Shown piece after piece: positions 10,644-19,888 of a stretch of DNA of 64,000 nt (its first letter is position 1; every line of letters starts with the position of its first letter). Source of the DNA: an uncultured virus (IMG/VR IMGVR_UViG_3300028800_000095) (taxonomy: Duplodnaviria > Heunggongvirae > Uroviricota > Caudoviricetes); IMG/VR virus record IMGVR_UViG_3300028800_000095; one strand, written 5' to 3'. The translations under genes and the position numbers were made by a program. The notes below the pieces were generated by a model that saw nothing but the letters and a program-made list of their open reading frames with translations, made no database searches and was not told the DNA's origin.

Positions 10644-10910
10644 CTACGGAGCGTTGGCGATCTGCTGAAGTGAAGCGATTCCGCCGTCCAGCTTGGCATC
10701 GATGGCAACGCCCAGGGCCGTACCTTCCGAGGTCAGGAGACCCGGGAGCAGCAGGTCGAGTTGGCCGACGAGCTTTAGTTCAGCACCGGGGAAGTTACCA
10801 GCCCACTTTAGGGGATCGACCCCCATGTCGGCGCGGAACTGCTTAACGGCCTGAAGGGCCGAGATCAGGGAAGGCGCAGCGGCTTTAAGAACGGGATTCG
10901 GTGTGGACAT
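10644..10910 (-). CDS. Hypothetical protein in the lysis region
   Basis: 88 aa, AGGAG SD. Confidence 0.6.
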   Translation of the reverse strand: MSTPNPVLKAAAPSLISALQAVKQFRADMGVDPLKWAGNFPGAELKLVGQLDLLLPGLLTSEGTALGVAIDAKLDGGIASLQQIANAP

Positions 10911-10919
10911 CGTAAACTC

Positions 10920-11120
10920 CTACTTGTTTGGCGGCATTGCCGCATTGGGGAAGAAAATCGTGTGGGCGGCCGTCGCTATCGTGCCACCGAGGGTAACCCA
11001 GGCCATGGCCGTAGGGTTTAAACCGAGGGAGGCCGAATCAAGGGCCATCGCCCCGGAGAGGACGGTAAGCAAGGAAAGAACCTTGTCCCCGTTCTTAGCA
11101 AACCATTGATAAAGAGTCAT
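10920..11120 (-). CDS. Putative holin (2 TM)
   Basis: 66 aa, two hydrophobic helices, GGAGG SD, near the endolysin. Confidence 0.5.
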   Translation of the reverse strand: MTLYQWFAKNGDKVLSLLTVLSGAMALDSASLGLNPTAMAWVTLGGTIATAAHTIFFPNAAMPPNK

Positions 11121-11148
11121 TTTCGTTACCTCCAGGGTTCTTGCTGTT

Positions 11149-11361
11149 TTACGTGTGCTTCGCGATCATGTAAACGAGAGTAGCGGTAGAGACTAAAAGA
11201 GCGAGAATGGCAATCCAAGTATTACGTCCCTGGTCGGTGCGTTCCATCGCCACCTTTACTGTTTCTAAGGCCAGGATCGTGGCACGATCAAGGGCCGCTA
11301 ACCTCGTGTCTATATAGTCACGAAGAGATACCGTGTTGCTATGATCCTGGTCTTCGTTCAT
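11149..11361 (-). CDS. Small membrane protein (C-terminal TM), lysis cassette
   Basis: 70 aa, coiled N-terminus plus one TM; coupled to the endolysin. Confidence 0.55.
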   Translation of the reverse strand: MNEDQDHSNTVSLRDYIDTRLAALDRATILALETVKVAMERTDQGRNTWIAILALLVSTATLVYMIAKHT

Positions 11362-11732
11362 TTCGTCGCTCCTTCATCCGGAGTTAACGAGTAATGGTTA
11401 TTGTCCTTCGAGTGAAAGTCGCCCCCCCAACAGAAGTCGGGCTGTTGCAACTTCCACCAGGCCCCTAGCTCCTTATGTCCCGTATCGTCCGTGATATAGG
11501 TCCCATCCGGGAGATAGAGATTTACGTCGATGGCGAGACCTTCGAGATGCAGAGAGTTCGTGATGCCCTTACCGTCCTTCGCGTTTAGGGCGGCTACCCG
11601 AGGATCACGCACCCACTCGCAGCGACCGGCCAGGTAGCCGAGATCGAAAGCCTTATCGATCAAACGCGGAACCCACTTAGCGAAGCGGGTCTGTTTCTCT
11701 CGTAGGGTCTCGTTTACAGTAGGCTCTGGCAC
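11358..11732 (-). CDS. Endolysin, peptidase M15 family (L-Ala-D-Glu type)
   Basis: SLH..GLAID Zn-ligand motif, WGGDF and D..H. Confidence 0.85.
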   Translation of the reverse strand: MPEPTVNETLREKQTRFAKWVPRLIDKAFDLGYLAGRCEWVRDPRVAALNAKDGKGITNSLHLEGLAIDVNLYLPDGTYITDDTGHKELGAWWKLQQPDFCWGGDFHSKDNNHYSLTPDEGATK

Positions 11733-12118
11733 TTCGGCTCTCTATAGAAGAAGCGTTGGATGGTAAAGTACTCGCGATTTAATTTATCGATGTCCTCCGT
11801 TAGCTCCTGCTTAAAGGCGGGATCTGCGGCCTTGCATCGATCCGCTACCCGGTTGCGTATGGCGGTCTCTAGGCTCTGCGCTGCGATTAGATCTACCCGG
11901 GTCTGGATGGCAGTAACCGAGGACACCTGGGCAAAACCAGGGTAGACCGAGGGCAGCCAACCGCAGGCCAAGGCGATATGCAATACGGACCCGGAGATGA
12001 TCAGAATGAGAGCCGCGAAGACCATCCAACGCCAGCGGTTCTGCTCGTACTCGTCGTTCGTGTTCCGAGGGGGCAGTATGGCTTTAACGACCCCTAACCC
12101 GACATCTTCAAGACCCAT
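11714..12118 (-). CDS. Single-TM membrane protein (holin/antiholin-like candidate)
   Basis: Start reassigned to MGLEDV with AAGGAG SD; one TM followed by a soluble domain. Confidence 0.55.
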   Translation of the reverse strand: MGLEDVGLGVVKAILPPRNTNDEYEQNRWRWMVFAALILIISGSVLHIALACGWLPSVYPGFAQVSSVTAIQTRVDLIAAQSLETAIRNRVADRCKAADPAFKQELTEDIDKLNREYFTIQRFFYREPKCQSLL

Positions 12119-12128
12119 CTTCTTCTCC

Positions 12129-14336
12129 TTATGGTTGAACGAACGGCGTATTGGCATCCCAACGAGCTTTGGCGGGGAGCCCGCTTGTAGCGGTACACCC
12201 TGCTCCTGTGGGGGTCTGGAGCTTAGTGCCAGCAGCCGGGGTGACCCACGGCCAGGCATATCTGCAATTGATGCCTGAGGTACCGAACTCGGGAGGGGTC
12301 GTAGAGGTATACAGGGAACTCGGGAATACCTGCGAGTACCCCGCTGGGGTATCTACGATGCTGTTCGTAAAGAAGTCATAGTTTCCACTACGAAACAGGA
12401 GCTGGGGGTTATTAACCCCGTTAAGGTTGTTGTCGTTGCAGTAGATCCCACCGTTACCGCACTCGGAGCCGGTCCAGCCTAGAAGCCAGATCTCACCCTT
12501 ATTGTTTGGGCACCCGGCAGTCCCGAAGCATCCCTGATAGACGTAACCGTTAGCAGCGGTAGTGACACCAGAGATACCTAACACATTACCTACGTAGGCC
12601 ATCTCGTAATCCCACATCATAGCCCCCGCCGCACGCAGGGGGCCTGGGGGGTACGGGTAAGCTTGGCCGGTGGCGTACCCGAGCCCGCTGTTGTCGTTGA
12701 CGGTCCCGCTAGCAACTCCGAAGGTCACCGAGGAGCTAAGAGTCAGACTCGGGTCCGTAAAGGGAGGGCGCTGGGATAGAAACCAGTTACGGAAGAAGGT
12801 GTGAGCAGTGACGTTGCCGTGAGTCTCATCGTCGTCGCCGTTATCCCCCTGATTACCCTCGAAGAGGATTCCGTGGCAGCCGACGTAGTGGGAACCGTTA
12901 ACGCCCATATCGAGGAGGTAGTTACCGATGCCGCTGTTGGCCTGATACATCGTTTCACCGATGTAATTATAGGAGACCACGTTGCCCCCACCGCATGAGC
13001 GACCTACCATCCCCTTGCCGCCCAGTCTGATGATGCTGTTCGTAATCATCGACTCGGTAGTAGCGCCATCGATGGCTACGGGGTACTCGATCCCGTTGTT
13101 TTCGAGATCCGCCCCGTCGTGGAAGTAAACGGTATTAAGCTCGATCCGCAGAGAATTGCTGATGACTACGCCACCGCGCCATAGGAAGGTTTCCACGTTT
13201 TTAAGCCAGCACCCGTCGCAGTACTGGAAAACCACCGGGTCCTGGGTGGACCTCTCAATCGTAACATTCTCCAAACCCGCTCCGGAGATAAATGGCACGG
13301 AGGTACCGGAGGCGTTGGTTGGCCAGTAGACTTGAGCGAAATGGGGGCTACCGGCTCTAAACGCTACCGTCACCGGCGAGTCGAAGGTGATAGTGCAAAG
13401 GGCTCCTGGGCACACCGAACTGATGGCGGAGATCTTCTTCACCTCGCTAGTTTCCCGATCATAGACGGCCCCGTAGGCTTGCCCATCCTCCACCGTGGTG
13501 CAACCGGGGCAGTAGACTATCCTCCCGATCATCGGACTGGTGTTTGCGGCGGCATAGTCGAGTGCGCCGAAAAGGTTAGCTGCAAGACTCCCGCTGGTGT
13601 TCGCCGGGTTTGTCTGTGTAGTGGCTCCAGAGGCCTCGTCGATACGTACATCCATTCCTACGGCGAGATTAGCCACGCTATTAAGCTGGACGGTCGTTGC
13701 TCCCTGGAAAACGCTGAAAGCTAACTGCGCGCCGCACCCGGTGGCCGAAACTCCGTAGGGGCATCCTGCCCACCACAGGTTATTGTTCGGATTCGCTCCT
13801 ATCCGCACGGTCGCATTGGTGCTAACCCCGGGGCATGGGGAAGTCCCGGGGGCAGTTGCTCCGCAAGCACCCGAAGCTACGTAGGTCTGTAACATCCCAT
13901 TATAGACAAAGAATTCGGTTCCGCAGAAGGCAACGGGAGGTTCACCCCCACCGGCAACCGTACATGCGGCACCCCGAACGGTGATGCCCTTATTAATCAG
14001 AACGGTCTGAGTGTTATCGAGATAGAACTTACCCGAGGAAAGCTGAACGACCCCGTTAGCGGCGCAAGCGGCGATGGCAGCGGTAATCAGGGTGTAATCA
14101 TCTCCTGCCGTAGGAGGCGTAAGGTGGCCGCTAGGGCTAACGGTAGCTCCGCATTGGGTTCTGGTGGTAGGGATGCCGCCGTAGAACAGCATCCCGGCTT
14201 TCGGCCAGTTAGCTGCCGAGAGATCATTAATAGCTGGAAGAAACGGAGCCGTCGAGGCAACTCCTCGCCCATGCCGTATGGCGGCCTGTGCGTTTGCTAC
14301 CAGCAGAGAGAGCAGAAGGGCGATGATATATTTCAT
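12129..14336 (-). CDS. Pectin-lyase-like beta-helix protein (depolymerase/spike-like) with a signal peptide
   Basis: Start MKYIIALLLSLLVANAQA (ATGA overlap). DDYTLITAAIAAC..GVVQLSSGKF entry motif, GLENVTIE and NVVSYN repeats; Cys-rich. Confidence 0.7.
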   Translation of the reverse strand: MKYIIALLLSLLVANAQAAIRHGRGVASTAPFLPAINDLSAANWPKAGMLFYGGIPTTRTQCGATVSPSGHLTPPTAGDDYTLITAAIAACAANGVVQLSSGKFYLDNTQTVLINKGITVRGAACTVAGGGEPPVAFCGTEFFVYNGMLQTYVASGACGATAPGTSPCPGVSTNATVRIGANPNNNLWWAGCPYGVSATGCGAQLAFSVFQGATTVQLNSVANLAVGMDVRIDEASGATTQTNPANTSGSLAANLFGALDYAAANTSPMIGRIVYCPGCTTVEDGQAYGAVYDRETSEVKKISAISSVCPGALCTITFDSPVTVAFRAGSPHFAQVYWPTNASGTSVPFISGAGLENVTIERSTQDPVVFQYCDGCWLKNVETFLWRGGVVISNSLRIELNTVYFHDGADLENNGIEYPVAIDGATTESMITNSIIRLGGKGMVGRSCGGGNVVSYNYIGETMYQANSGIGNYLLDMGVNGSHYVGCHGILFEGNQGDNGDDDETHGNVTAHTFFRNWFLSQRPPFTDPSLTLSSSVTFGVASGTVNDNSGLGYATGQAYPYPPGPLRAAGAMMWDYEMAYVGNVLGISGVTTAANGYVYQGCFGTAGCPNNKGEIWLLGWTGSECGNGGIYCNDNNLNGVNNPQLLFRSGNYDFFTNSIVDTPAGYSQVFPSSLYTSTTPPEFGTSGINCRYAWPWVTPAAGTKLQTPTGAGCTATSGLPAKARWDANTPFVQP

Positions 14337-15829
14337 TGAAATGCGATAGCCGTTGCGAAAGCGGTGGACCCGTGTTGAGCAGCACCCATAACGAAATTCC
14401 AGTTCTGGGTTACTGTGGTTGCAAAGTTTGCGTGACCGAATTGGTCTGCGTTGTCCATACGGTCCTGGTCGAAGGTCGCCCCACCCGTGATTGCATAGGA
14501 GACGCAATCGAAGACCGCCCCTGCGGGAGCCCCGGCAGCCATCGCCCCCTGAGAGGCCGTGCCCGACCCGGTTTGGTCGATGACGAGGCCCGGGGCCGCG
14601 ATTGGGGTGATCGTCGGGAAATTAGAGATCACCGTACCACTGCCCGGAGCGGCCCCATTAAAACTCTGCGCATTTAAGAATGAGCTTGCTTGCGCTCCTA
14701 CTACATCCCAAAGGTGGATGGAGAACTGGGGTTGTCCTGCTCCGGATAGGTTAACTGTTAGGGTAAGGTTATTCCCCGAGGTCGCATTCTGGTGATAGAA
14801 AACCTGCGAAGTACCCGCCGCTCCCGGGTTCGTGTAAGTCTGACTGCCAGAATCCACGACCGATGAGACTGCATTGATGTTATTACCTGCTGCCATAGAG
14901 GCGACAAGCAAATTCCCATCGGAAGGGAATAGAAGAACATTTGCCCCATTCTGGGGGTTGACCACACTGTAATGAAGTAGTCGTTTGACACGGATGCCAG
15001 TTGGGGCCGCAGTGCCCGCGCTCGCGACTTTTAAAGCAACCGAGGCATCAACACAATTGGTCCCAGTAGACTGAGTGAACCCAAAACCAGGATTGATCGA
15101 CCCGTTAGTAGTCTGCACGTCGAACGATGACGCACTCGGGATCGTGGCGATGTTGTTCGCGTGCATAAAGGCAGGGGATACCCCACCGGTCTTCGAAATC
15201 GCCGTGGCCTGGGTGCTGATCCCGGTGCCGACGGGGTCGTTACTGATCGCGTAATTCCAGATCAGGTGGCCGCCGTTCGCGTCGTTGTTCGTCGTCGGAG
15301 TGTAGGCCCCCGCAGTGATCGAGGAGCAGGCCGCATTCGCCGTGCTATGACTGCCGTCCGCAGGACTCGCCGTGGCGATGTTATTAAACTCAGCAATCGC
15401 ATAGTGGAACGGTTTGATGAACGTATCGAAGGTTACGGTCAACGTGTGCAGGCAAGATCCCGTGGCATTCGGTAACACGTAGATCTTAGTGTTCATATTC
15501 CCGACCGAGGCGGTCCCTCCCGTGACCGTAGCGGCAGGCCAAGTGTCTCCGCAGGAATCAGAGATGGCCCAAGTACGAGAAGCACTGTAGGGGTATGCAA
15601 TCGATAGGAGGATCGGATTGCCCGTCCCCGTCGCATTAGGCAAGTTGATGACGAAGGCATTGCCGGTAATGCCGTTGTTATCGTTCAGGTCGGAACCGGT
15701 ACCCTGAATAAAGGTTGGCACCGGGGGCCCACCGCCGCCACCGCCAAGGGACATGCCGACACCGTGATGAATACGAGCATCGGCAAAGGAGAGGAAAAGA
15801 GCGAGCGCTAAGGCTAGAACCTTCTTCAT
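14333..15829 (-). CDS. Beta-rich fibre/adhesin-like protein with a signal peptide
   Basis: Start MKKVLALALALFLSFADA (ATGA overlap); two related Thr/Gly-rich beta-sandwich-like halves. Confidence 0.6.
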   Translation of the reverse strand: MKKVLALALALFLSFADARIHHGVGMSLGGGGGGPPVPTFIQGTGSDLNDNNGITGNAFVINLPNATGTGNPILLSIAYPYSASRTWAISDSCGDTWPAATVTGGTASVGNMNTKIYVLPNATGSCLHTLTVTFDTFIKPFHYAIAEFNNIATASPADGSHSTANAACSSITAGAYTPTTNNDANGGHLIWNYAISNDPVGTGISTQATAISKTGGVSPAFMHANNIATIPSASSFDVQTTNGSINPGFGFTQSTGTNCVDASVALKVASAGTAAPTGIRVKRLLHYSVVNPQNGANVLLFPSDGNLLVASMAAGNNINAVSSVVDSGSQTYTNPGAAGTSQVFYHQNATSGNNLTLTVNLSGAGQPQFSIHLWDVVGAQASSFLNAQSFNGAAPGSGTVISNFPTITPIAAPGLVIDQTGSGTASQGAMAAGAPAGAVFDCVSYAITGGATFDQDRMDNADQFGHANFATTVTQNWNFVMGAAQHGSTAFATAIAFQ

Positions 15830-16587
15830 GGCGAAACGTCCGCTCCCGATGCGATCTGATCGCATGACCCGGTAAAGGCAGCTGTTGCAGTTACGGTCGC
15901 CGCACCCGTAGTGTAGCTCGATACAACCGCGAGATTAGGACCGGTGGAGGCGTCCGAGTTTACCGTTGTCCCGCTAACCGCTCCCCACGCGGAGCAGCTC
16001 TGTGCGAACCCCGTGAATACCTGATGCCCCGTACCGCTGGTTATCGGGCCTATCGAGATCGGGCTGGCGGTCGCGGTCAGGATACTAGTGAAACCCGCAT
16101 TGGGGAACGCAGCACCGATGCTACCCTGATTAACCCCGGTAAACGAGATCGCGGATATGTGCGCTTCCCAAGACCCGGTCCAAGTACAGGTCAAGTTCTT
16201 AGTACCGCTGGTCGGAGCGATCAGGGCAAAAATGGTCGAGGCCCCGCTAAGACCTCCGTTCGTACCCGTGTTAGCACCGGTCAACTCGGTCATAGCCTGA
16301 TTAGTACCCGCAGGGTCCCAATGGCAGGCTAACCCGGTTGGGGTAGTAGAGAGACTAAACCAGAGAACAGCGGCAAGGGCACGATTAGACCCGCTGCCTA
16401 CCGTCATGGAGGCGGTCATCGTCGTGGCCCCGTTAACAGAGACCACCGCCGCCGTCTGGGCGTCGAAAACTACGGAACCCCCGCCGCCACCGCCGAACGA
16501 CCCCAGGCCCGGCCCAGGTCCCTGCCCCTGGCCCGCTAGGGCAACCCCGTAGAGTAGGGCCAGTAGAAGAGTAAGTACCTTTCTCAT
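15826..16587 (-). CDS. Beta-rich fibre/adhesin-like protein with a signal peptide
   Basis: MRKVLTLLLALLYGVALA, a poly-Gly linker, then a Thr/Ser/Gly beta domain. Confidence 0.6.
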   Translation of the reverse strand: MRKVLTLLLALLYGVALAGQGQGPGPGLGSFGGGGGGSVVFDAQTAAVVSVNGATTMTASMTVGSGSNRALAAVLWFSLSTTPTGLACHWDPAGTNQAMTELTGANTGTNGGLSGASTIFALIAPTSGTKNLTCTWTGSWEAHISAISFTGVNQGSIGAAFPNAGFTSILTATASPISIGPITSGTGHQVFTGFAQSCSAWGAVSGTTVNSDASTGPNLAVVSSYTTGAATVTATAAFTGSCDQIASGADVSP

Positions 16588-19580
16588 CGCGGCACGTTCC
16601 AGTTCAAAGTGATCGCTCCGGGCGTGATACTGGAACTGGTGTTGTTACAGACCTTAAAGTTCACGTTATTGGCCGAGGGGTAGGCGATGATGGTAAGCAT
16701 CCCCGAAGCACTCGGGGTGTAGCCGGTCACTGCGGTCGGATCACCGTTAAAACCCCAGTTAACAACGTCGGTGGTCGCAACTCCAGTAGCCGAAGTCGTA
16801 ACGGCGGTAGCACAAGTCCCGCTGGAGATCGCGCCCGTAGCGAGGGCCGAAGTACCGTTGGCAACGAGCTGACCGGCGCGGACCCCGTTTATCTGGGTGT
16901 TGGCAGCCGAGCCGCCGACGATGTTCGTGATCGTGCCTGAGTGGACATTCTCACCTAGGGTTATGGTCACGGCGGTTGTCGTCGTAGGCACTAAACCAAA
17001 GAGAGTAGTTCCGCTGCCCTCCTTAAAGATAATGGAACCGGGGAATCCGGTACCTGCCCCAGCCCCGGTGTTAAAGTTTAAAGTCCCACCGTTAGCATTG
17101 GCCGCGGCCCCGGGCGACCCGGTGGTAATGCTGATGGTACCTGCGGTAGCGCTGGCAGTGGCGGCTCCTCCGCTACCTGCGCTGATCGAGACGTTACCTC
17201 CGTTAGCTACACCGACGCTGGTGGTAGAACCGCCTGCACCGGCCGTAATGACGACATTGCCACCGGAAGCAGGTCCGGTAACAGCACTAGCTGAACCTGC
17301 CCCTCCGAATAGGCTAAGAGCCCCGCCATTGCCCGAAGTGGTACCGATACCACTACCTGCAGAGACGGTAGTCGCACCACCGGTCCCGGAAGTACTGCCG
17401 CCCGCTCCTCCTGTGACGTTTAAGGCCTGACCATTGGCGGCGGCACTTCCCGAAGCGGCGGTAAGATTACCGGCCGTCGTAGCCCCTAGGATTAGAGTAG
17501 TGCTGCCATCGAGCCAGAGGAAGTCGGGGGTACCAGTAAGGAGATTCGAGCCATTGCCGTAACCTACCTGACCAGCGGTAAGAGACCCACCGCAGTTACC
17601 TCCCGAGTCACTGATCTGCAAGGGACCGGTACCACCTACCGTTACGCAGTGACCTACGGTAAAGGAGCCGGTCGAACCAGGCAGTGTGCCAGCAGTACTC
17701 GGAATGGTGCTCCCGTTTACCGAGGTGACCCCGGGCAGCAAAGCCGAGTAGGCGGGATCTGCGGAGGCACCACCGGAAACGAGGGCCTGACCGGTCGAAC
17801 CGGTGGCAATGCCCTCTAGGGTAGTGCTGGTCACCCAGATCGCTGTCTGATGAACGGTCGGAGTACCCGAGGCGTTAAGGGATCCACCTCCGGCGACCAG
17901 AGCCGTACAGGCTGATACTTGGTAGTTCGTGCCATCACTCGTGATGTCGCAGCCGCGATTCGAGGCAATAGACAGGGAACTGGCCCCGTTAATCGTGCTG
18001 GTCGTAGGCGTAATGGTAAGAGTACCCGCCCCGATGTTCTGGGCCGTAAAGCCGAACCCCGCTCCGAAGCCTGTGGTAGTAGCTACCGGGAGCGTCGCGG
18101 CAATTGCCCCCGCATTATTATGGGTTACGAGCTTGTTGCCATCCGTAGCCAAGTAAGTGTACGTGGTGCCGGTCTGCGCATTAATCACGGCACTCGGGGC
18201 GAGAACCCCGGAGCTGATCCCGAGACCAGTGCCTACAGTAATAGGCGTGTTCTGCGCAGAGGAGTTAGAGGCCAGCAGGGCCGCGCTGGTCGGGTTAACC
18301 GCCCCATTGATCTGGTTTGCATTAACTACGCCAGTGCCGGTAGGACCGAGGCTCGCGCCCGTACCTACCAGGGCCGCCATACCGGTGTTCGTACCGGAGG
18401 TCAGGCCGCTAAAGGCGGTCGACCCACCCGAACCGCAGGCGCTACCGGTACCCGAAAAGAGCCCGGCTGAATTCGCTTGAATGCACTGGGTTAATCCCGT
18501 GATTCCCGAATCGGTAAAGCTAGAGGCAGTAGCCGCCCCGAGAATCGGGGTGATAAAGGTAGGGGTGTTGTTAAGGACTACCAGCCCAGTGCCGGTCTCG
18601 TTAGTGATAGCCGCTGCGAAGTTGGCGCTAGTCGGAGTGGCTAGGAAGGTCGCCACGCCGGTTGCTAAACCCGAGATACCCGTGCTGACCGGCAGGTTAA
18701 CCCCGTTGGTCAGATTCACCGCACTAGGAGTACCGAGGTTAGGCGTGATCAATACGGGGTTGTTGGAGAACACCACGAACCCGGTACCGGTCTCGTCGGT
18801 CAGAGCCGCCGCGAGGTTAGCGCTCGAAGGAGTCCCGAGGAAAGCCGCGACGTTAGTTCCAAGTCCCGTGATCCCCGCGAGAGGCGAGGAGGTCGCTACG
18901 ATAGAACCCGCGCCCGAGGTATCGAGGATTGCACCGGTACCCACCGTCATGTGGGCGAGGACGTTGGTGCTGGTGGTCAGGGCACTAAACGCCGAGGAGC
19001 TACCCGCACCGCAGCCGCCGCCCGAATCCGTAATGGAGGTCGAAGACGCCCACTGGACGCAATCTCCGGAGGTGATCACCCCGACCTGCACGGGGATACT
19101 TGCACCGGTCAGACTATTCGCCCCGGTACCTCCCGAAGACTGCGGAAGAGGAGTACCCGATAGGGTGATCGCGAAAATCCCAGAGGTCGTAATGGTCGAA
19201 GGGGAAACGGACAGGAAAGAGGGAACGGTTACCCCGATACTCGTAACCCCACCGCCTCCACCGCCGCCCGGGGCAGTACAACCCCCGGCACCGTTTACGA
19301 ACAGGAGGGGATTGCCTCCGCACGGGAAGAGGTTGATGATATCGCTCGCACTCGAAGTACCGGTTAGGGCCAAGGAACTGGTAGGCCCAAACATGTTAAA
19401 GAGCTGGTGAGTGGATGTATTGTACTTATACGCGAAGATATACCACGGATCACCCGACCCGGTGGATACCGGACCCGTCGCGGTACAGGCTACCCCGGTA
19501 GCACAGTTCGCTGGGTTATACTGAGCGTATGCCCCTCCGCATCCGAGCAACAGCAGTAGAGCGAGTAGAATCTTTTTCAT
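16584..19580 (-). CDS. Long tail-fibre-like protein with a signal peptide
   Basis: 998 aa, MKKILLALLLLLGCGGAYA; two copies of FL.TP.SAN.AAA.T.ETGTG..V..N.P..ITP.LG; repeated Cys pairs. Confidence 0.7.
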   Translation of the reverse strand: MKKILLALLLLLGCGGAYAQYNPANCATGVACTATGPVSTGSGDPWYIFAYKYNTSTHQLFNMFGPTSSLALTGTSSASDIINLFPCGGNPLLFVNGAGGCTAPGGGGGGGVTSIGVTVPSFLSVSPSTITTSGIFAITLSGTPLPQSSGGTGANSLTGASIPVQVGVITSGDCVQWASSTSITDSGGGCGAGSSSAFSALTTSTNVLAHMTVGTGAILDTSGAGSIVATSSPLAGITGLGTNVAAFLGTPSSANLAAALTDETGTGFVVFSNNPVLITPNLGTPSAVNLTNGVNLPVSTGISGLATGVATFLATPTSANFAAAITNETGTGLVVLNNTPTFITPILGAATASSFTDSGITGLTQCIQANSAGLFSGTGSACGSGGSTAFSGLTSGTNTGMAALVGTGASLGPTGTGVVNANQINGAVNPTSAALLASNSSAQNTPITVGTGLGISSGVLAPSAVINAQTGTTYTYLATDGNKLVTHNNAGAIAATLPVATTTGFGAGFGFTAQNIGAGTLTITPTTSTINGASSLSIASNRGCDITSDGTNYQVSACTALVAGGGSLNASGTPTVHQTAIWVTSTTLEGIATGSTGQALVSGGASADPAYSALLPGVTSVNGSTIPSTAGTLPGSTGSFTVGHCVTVGGTGPLQISDSGGNCGGSLTAGQVGYGNGSNLLTGTPDFLWLDGSTTLILGATTAGNLTAASGSAAANGQALNVTGGAGGSTSGTGGATTVSAGSGIGTTSGNGGALSLFGGAGSASAVTGPASGGNVVITAGAGGSTTSVGVANGGNVSISAGSGGAATASATAGTISITTGSPGAAANANGGTLNFNTGAGAGTGFPGSIIFKEGSGTTLFGLVPTTTTAVTITLGENVHSGTITNIVGGSAANTQINGVRAGQLVANGTSALATGAISSGTCATAVTTSATGVATTDVVNWGFNGDPTAVTGYTPSASGMLTIIAYPSANNVNFKVCNNTSSSITPGAITLNWNVPR

Positions 19581-19591
19581 GCTAGGAACCT

Positions 19592-19888
19592 CTATACATC
19601 GGGAGGGAAGGGGGCAGGAACCCCGTCGGTAAGGGGAACGTCAGGACGACAGAAGGGTAACGTGATGTTCTCGGTCTGCCGGGCCGGTAACCGGTACGGA
19701 TCGAGAACGTCTAAATCAGCTTCACAAACCATTAAACCTGGAGAATTCGGATCCATGAAAAGCTCGTCGAGGAAAAACTTTCGAGAGCACCGGGCACAAA
19801 GACCAATGCCAAAGGTAGAGCGGCCCCGGGGATCGAGGAAAATCGCTCCGTGACTTGCCTTGCTTCTACGGTGTCCCGAACGTCTCAT
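19592..19888 (-). CDS. Small Cys-containing (CxxC...C) head-tail region protein
   Basis: 98 aa, CARCSRK...MVC, coupled to the upstream gene. Confidence 0.65.
   Translation of the reverse strand: MRRSGHRRSKASHGAIFLDPRGRSTFGIGLCARCSRKFFLDELFMDPNSPGLMVCEADLDVLDPYRLPARQTENITLPFCRPDVPLTDGVPAPFPPDV

Noticed and set aside
16897..19410. Long plus-strand ORFs (177-309 aa) opposite the fibre gene
   Set aside because: Antisense shadows of a Gly/Thr/Ala-rich gene; Val/Pro-rich translations with no convincing SD.
19530..19580. Lipoprotein signal (LLGC) in the 998-aa protein
   Set aside because: Not excluded, but AYA-Q gives a good SPase I site that matches the three neighbouring genes; left unresolved.
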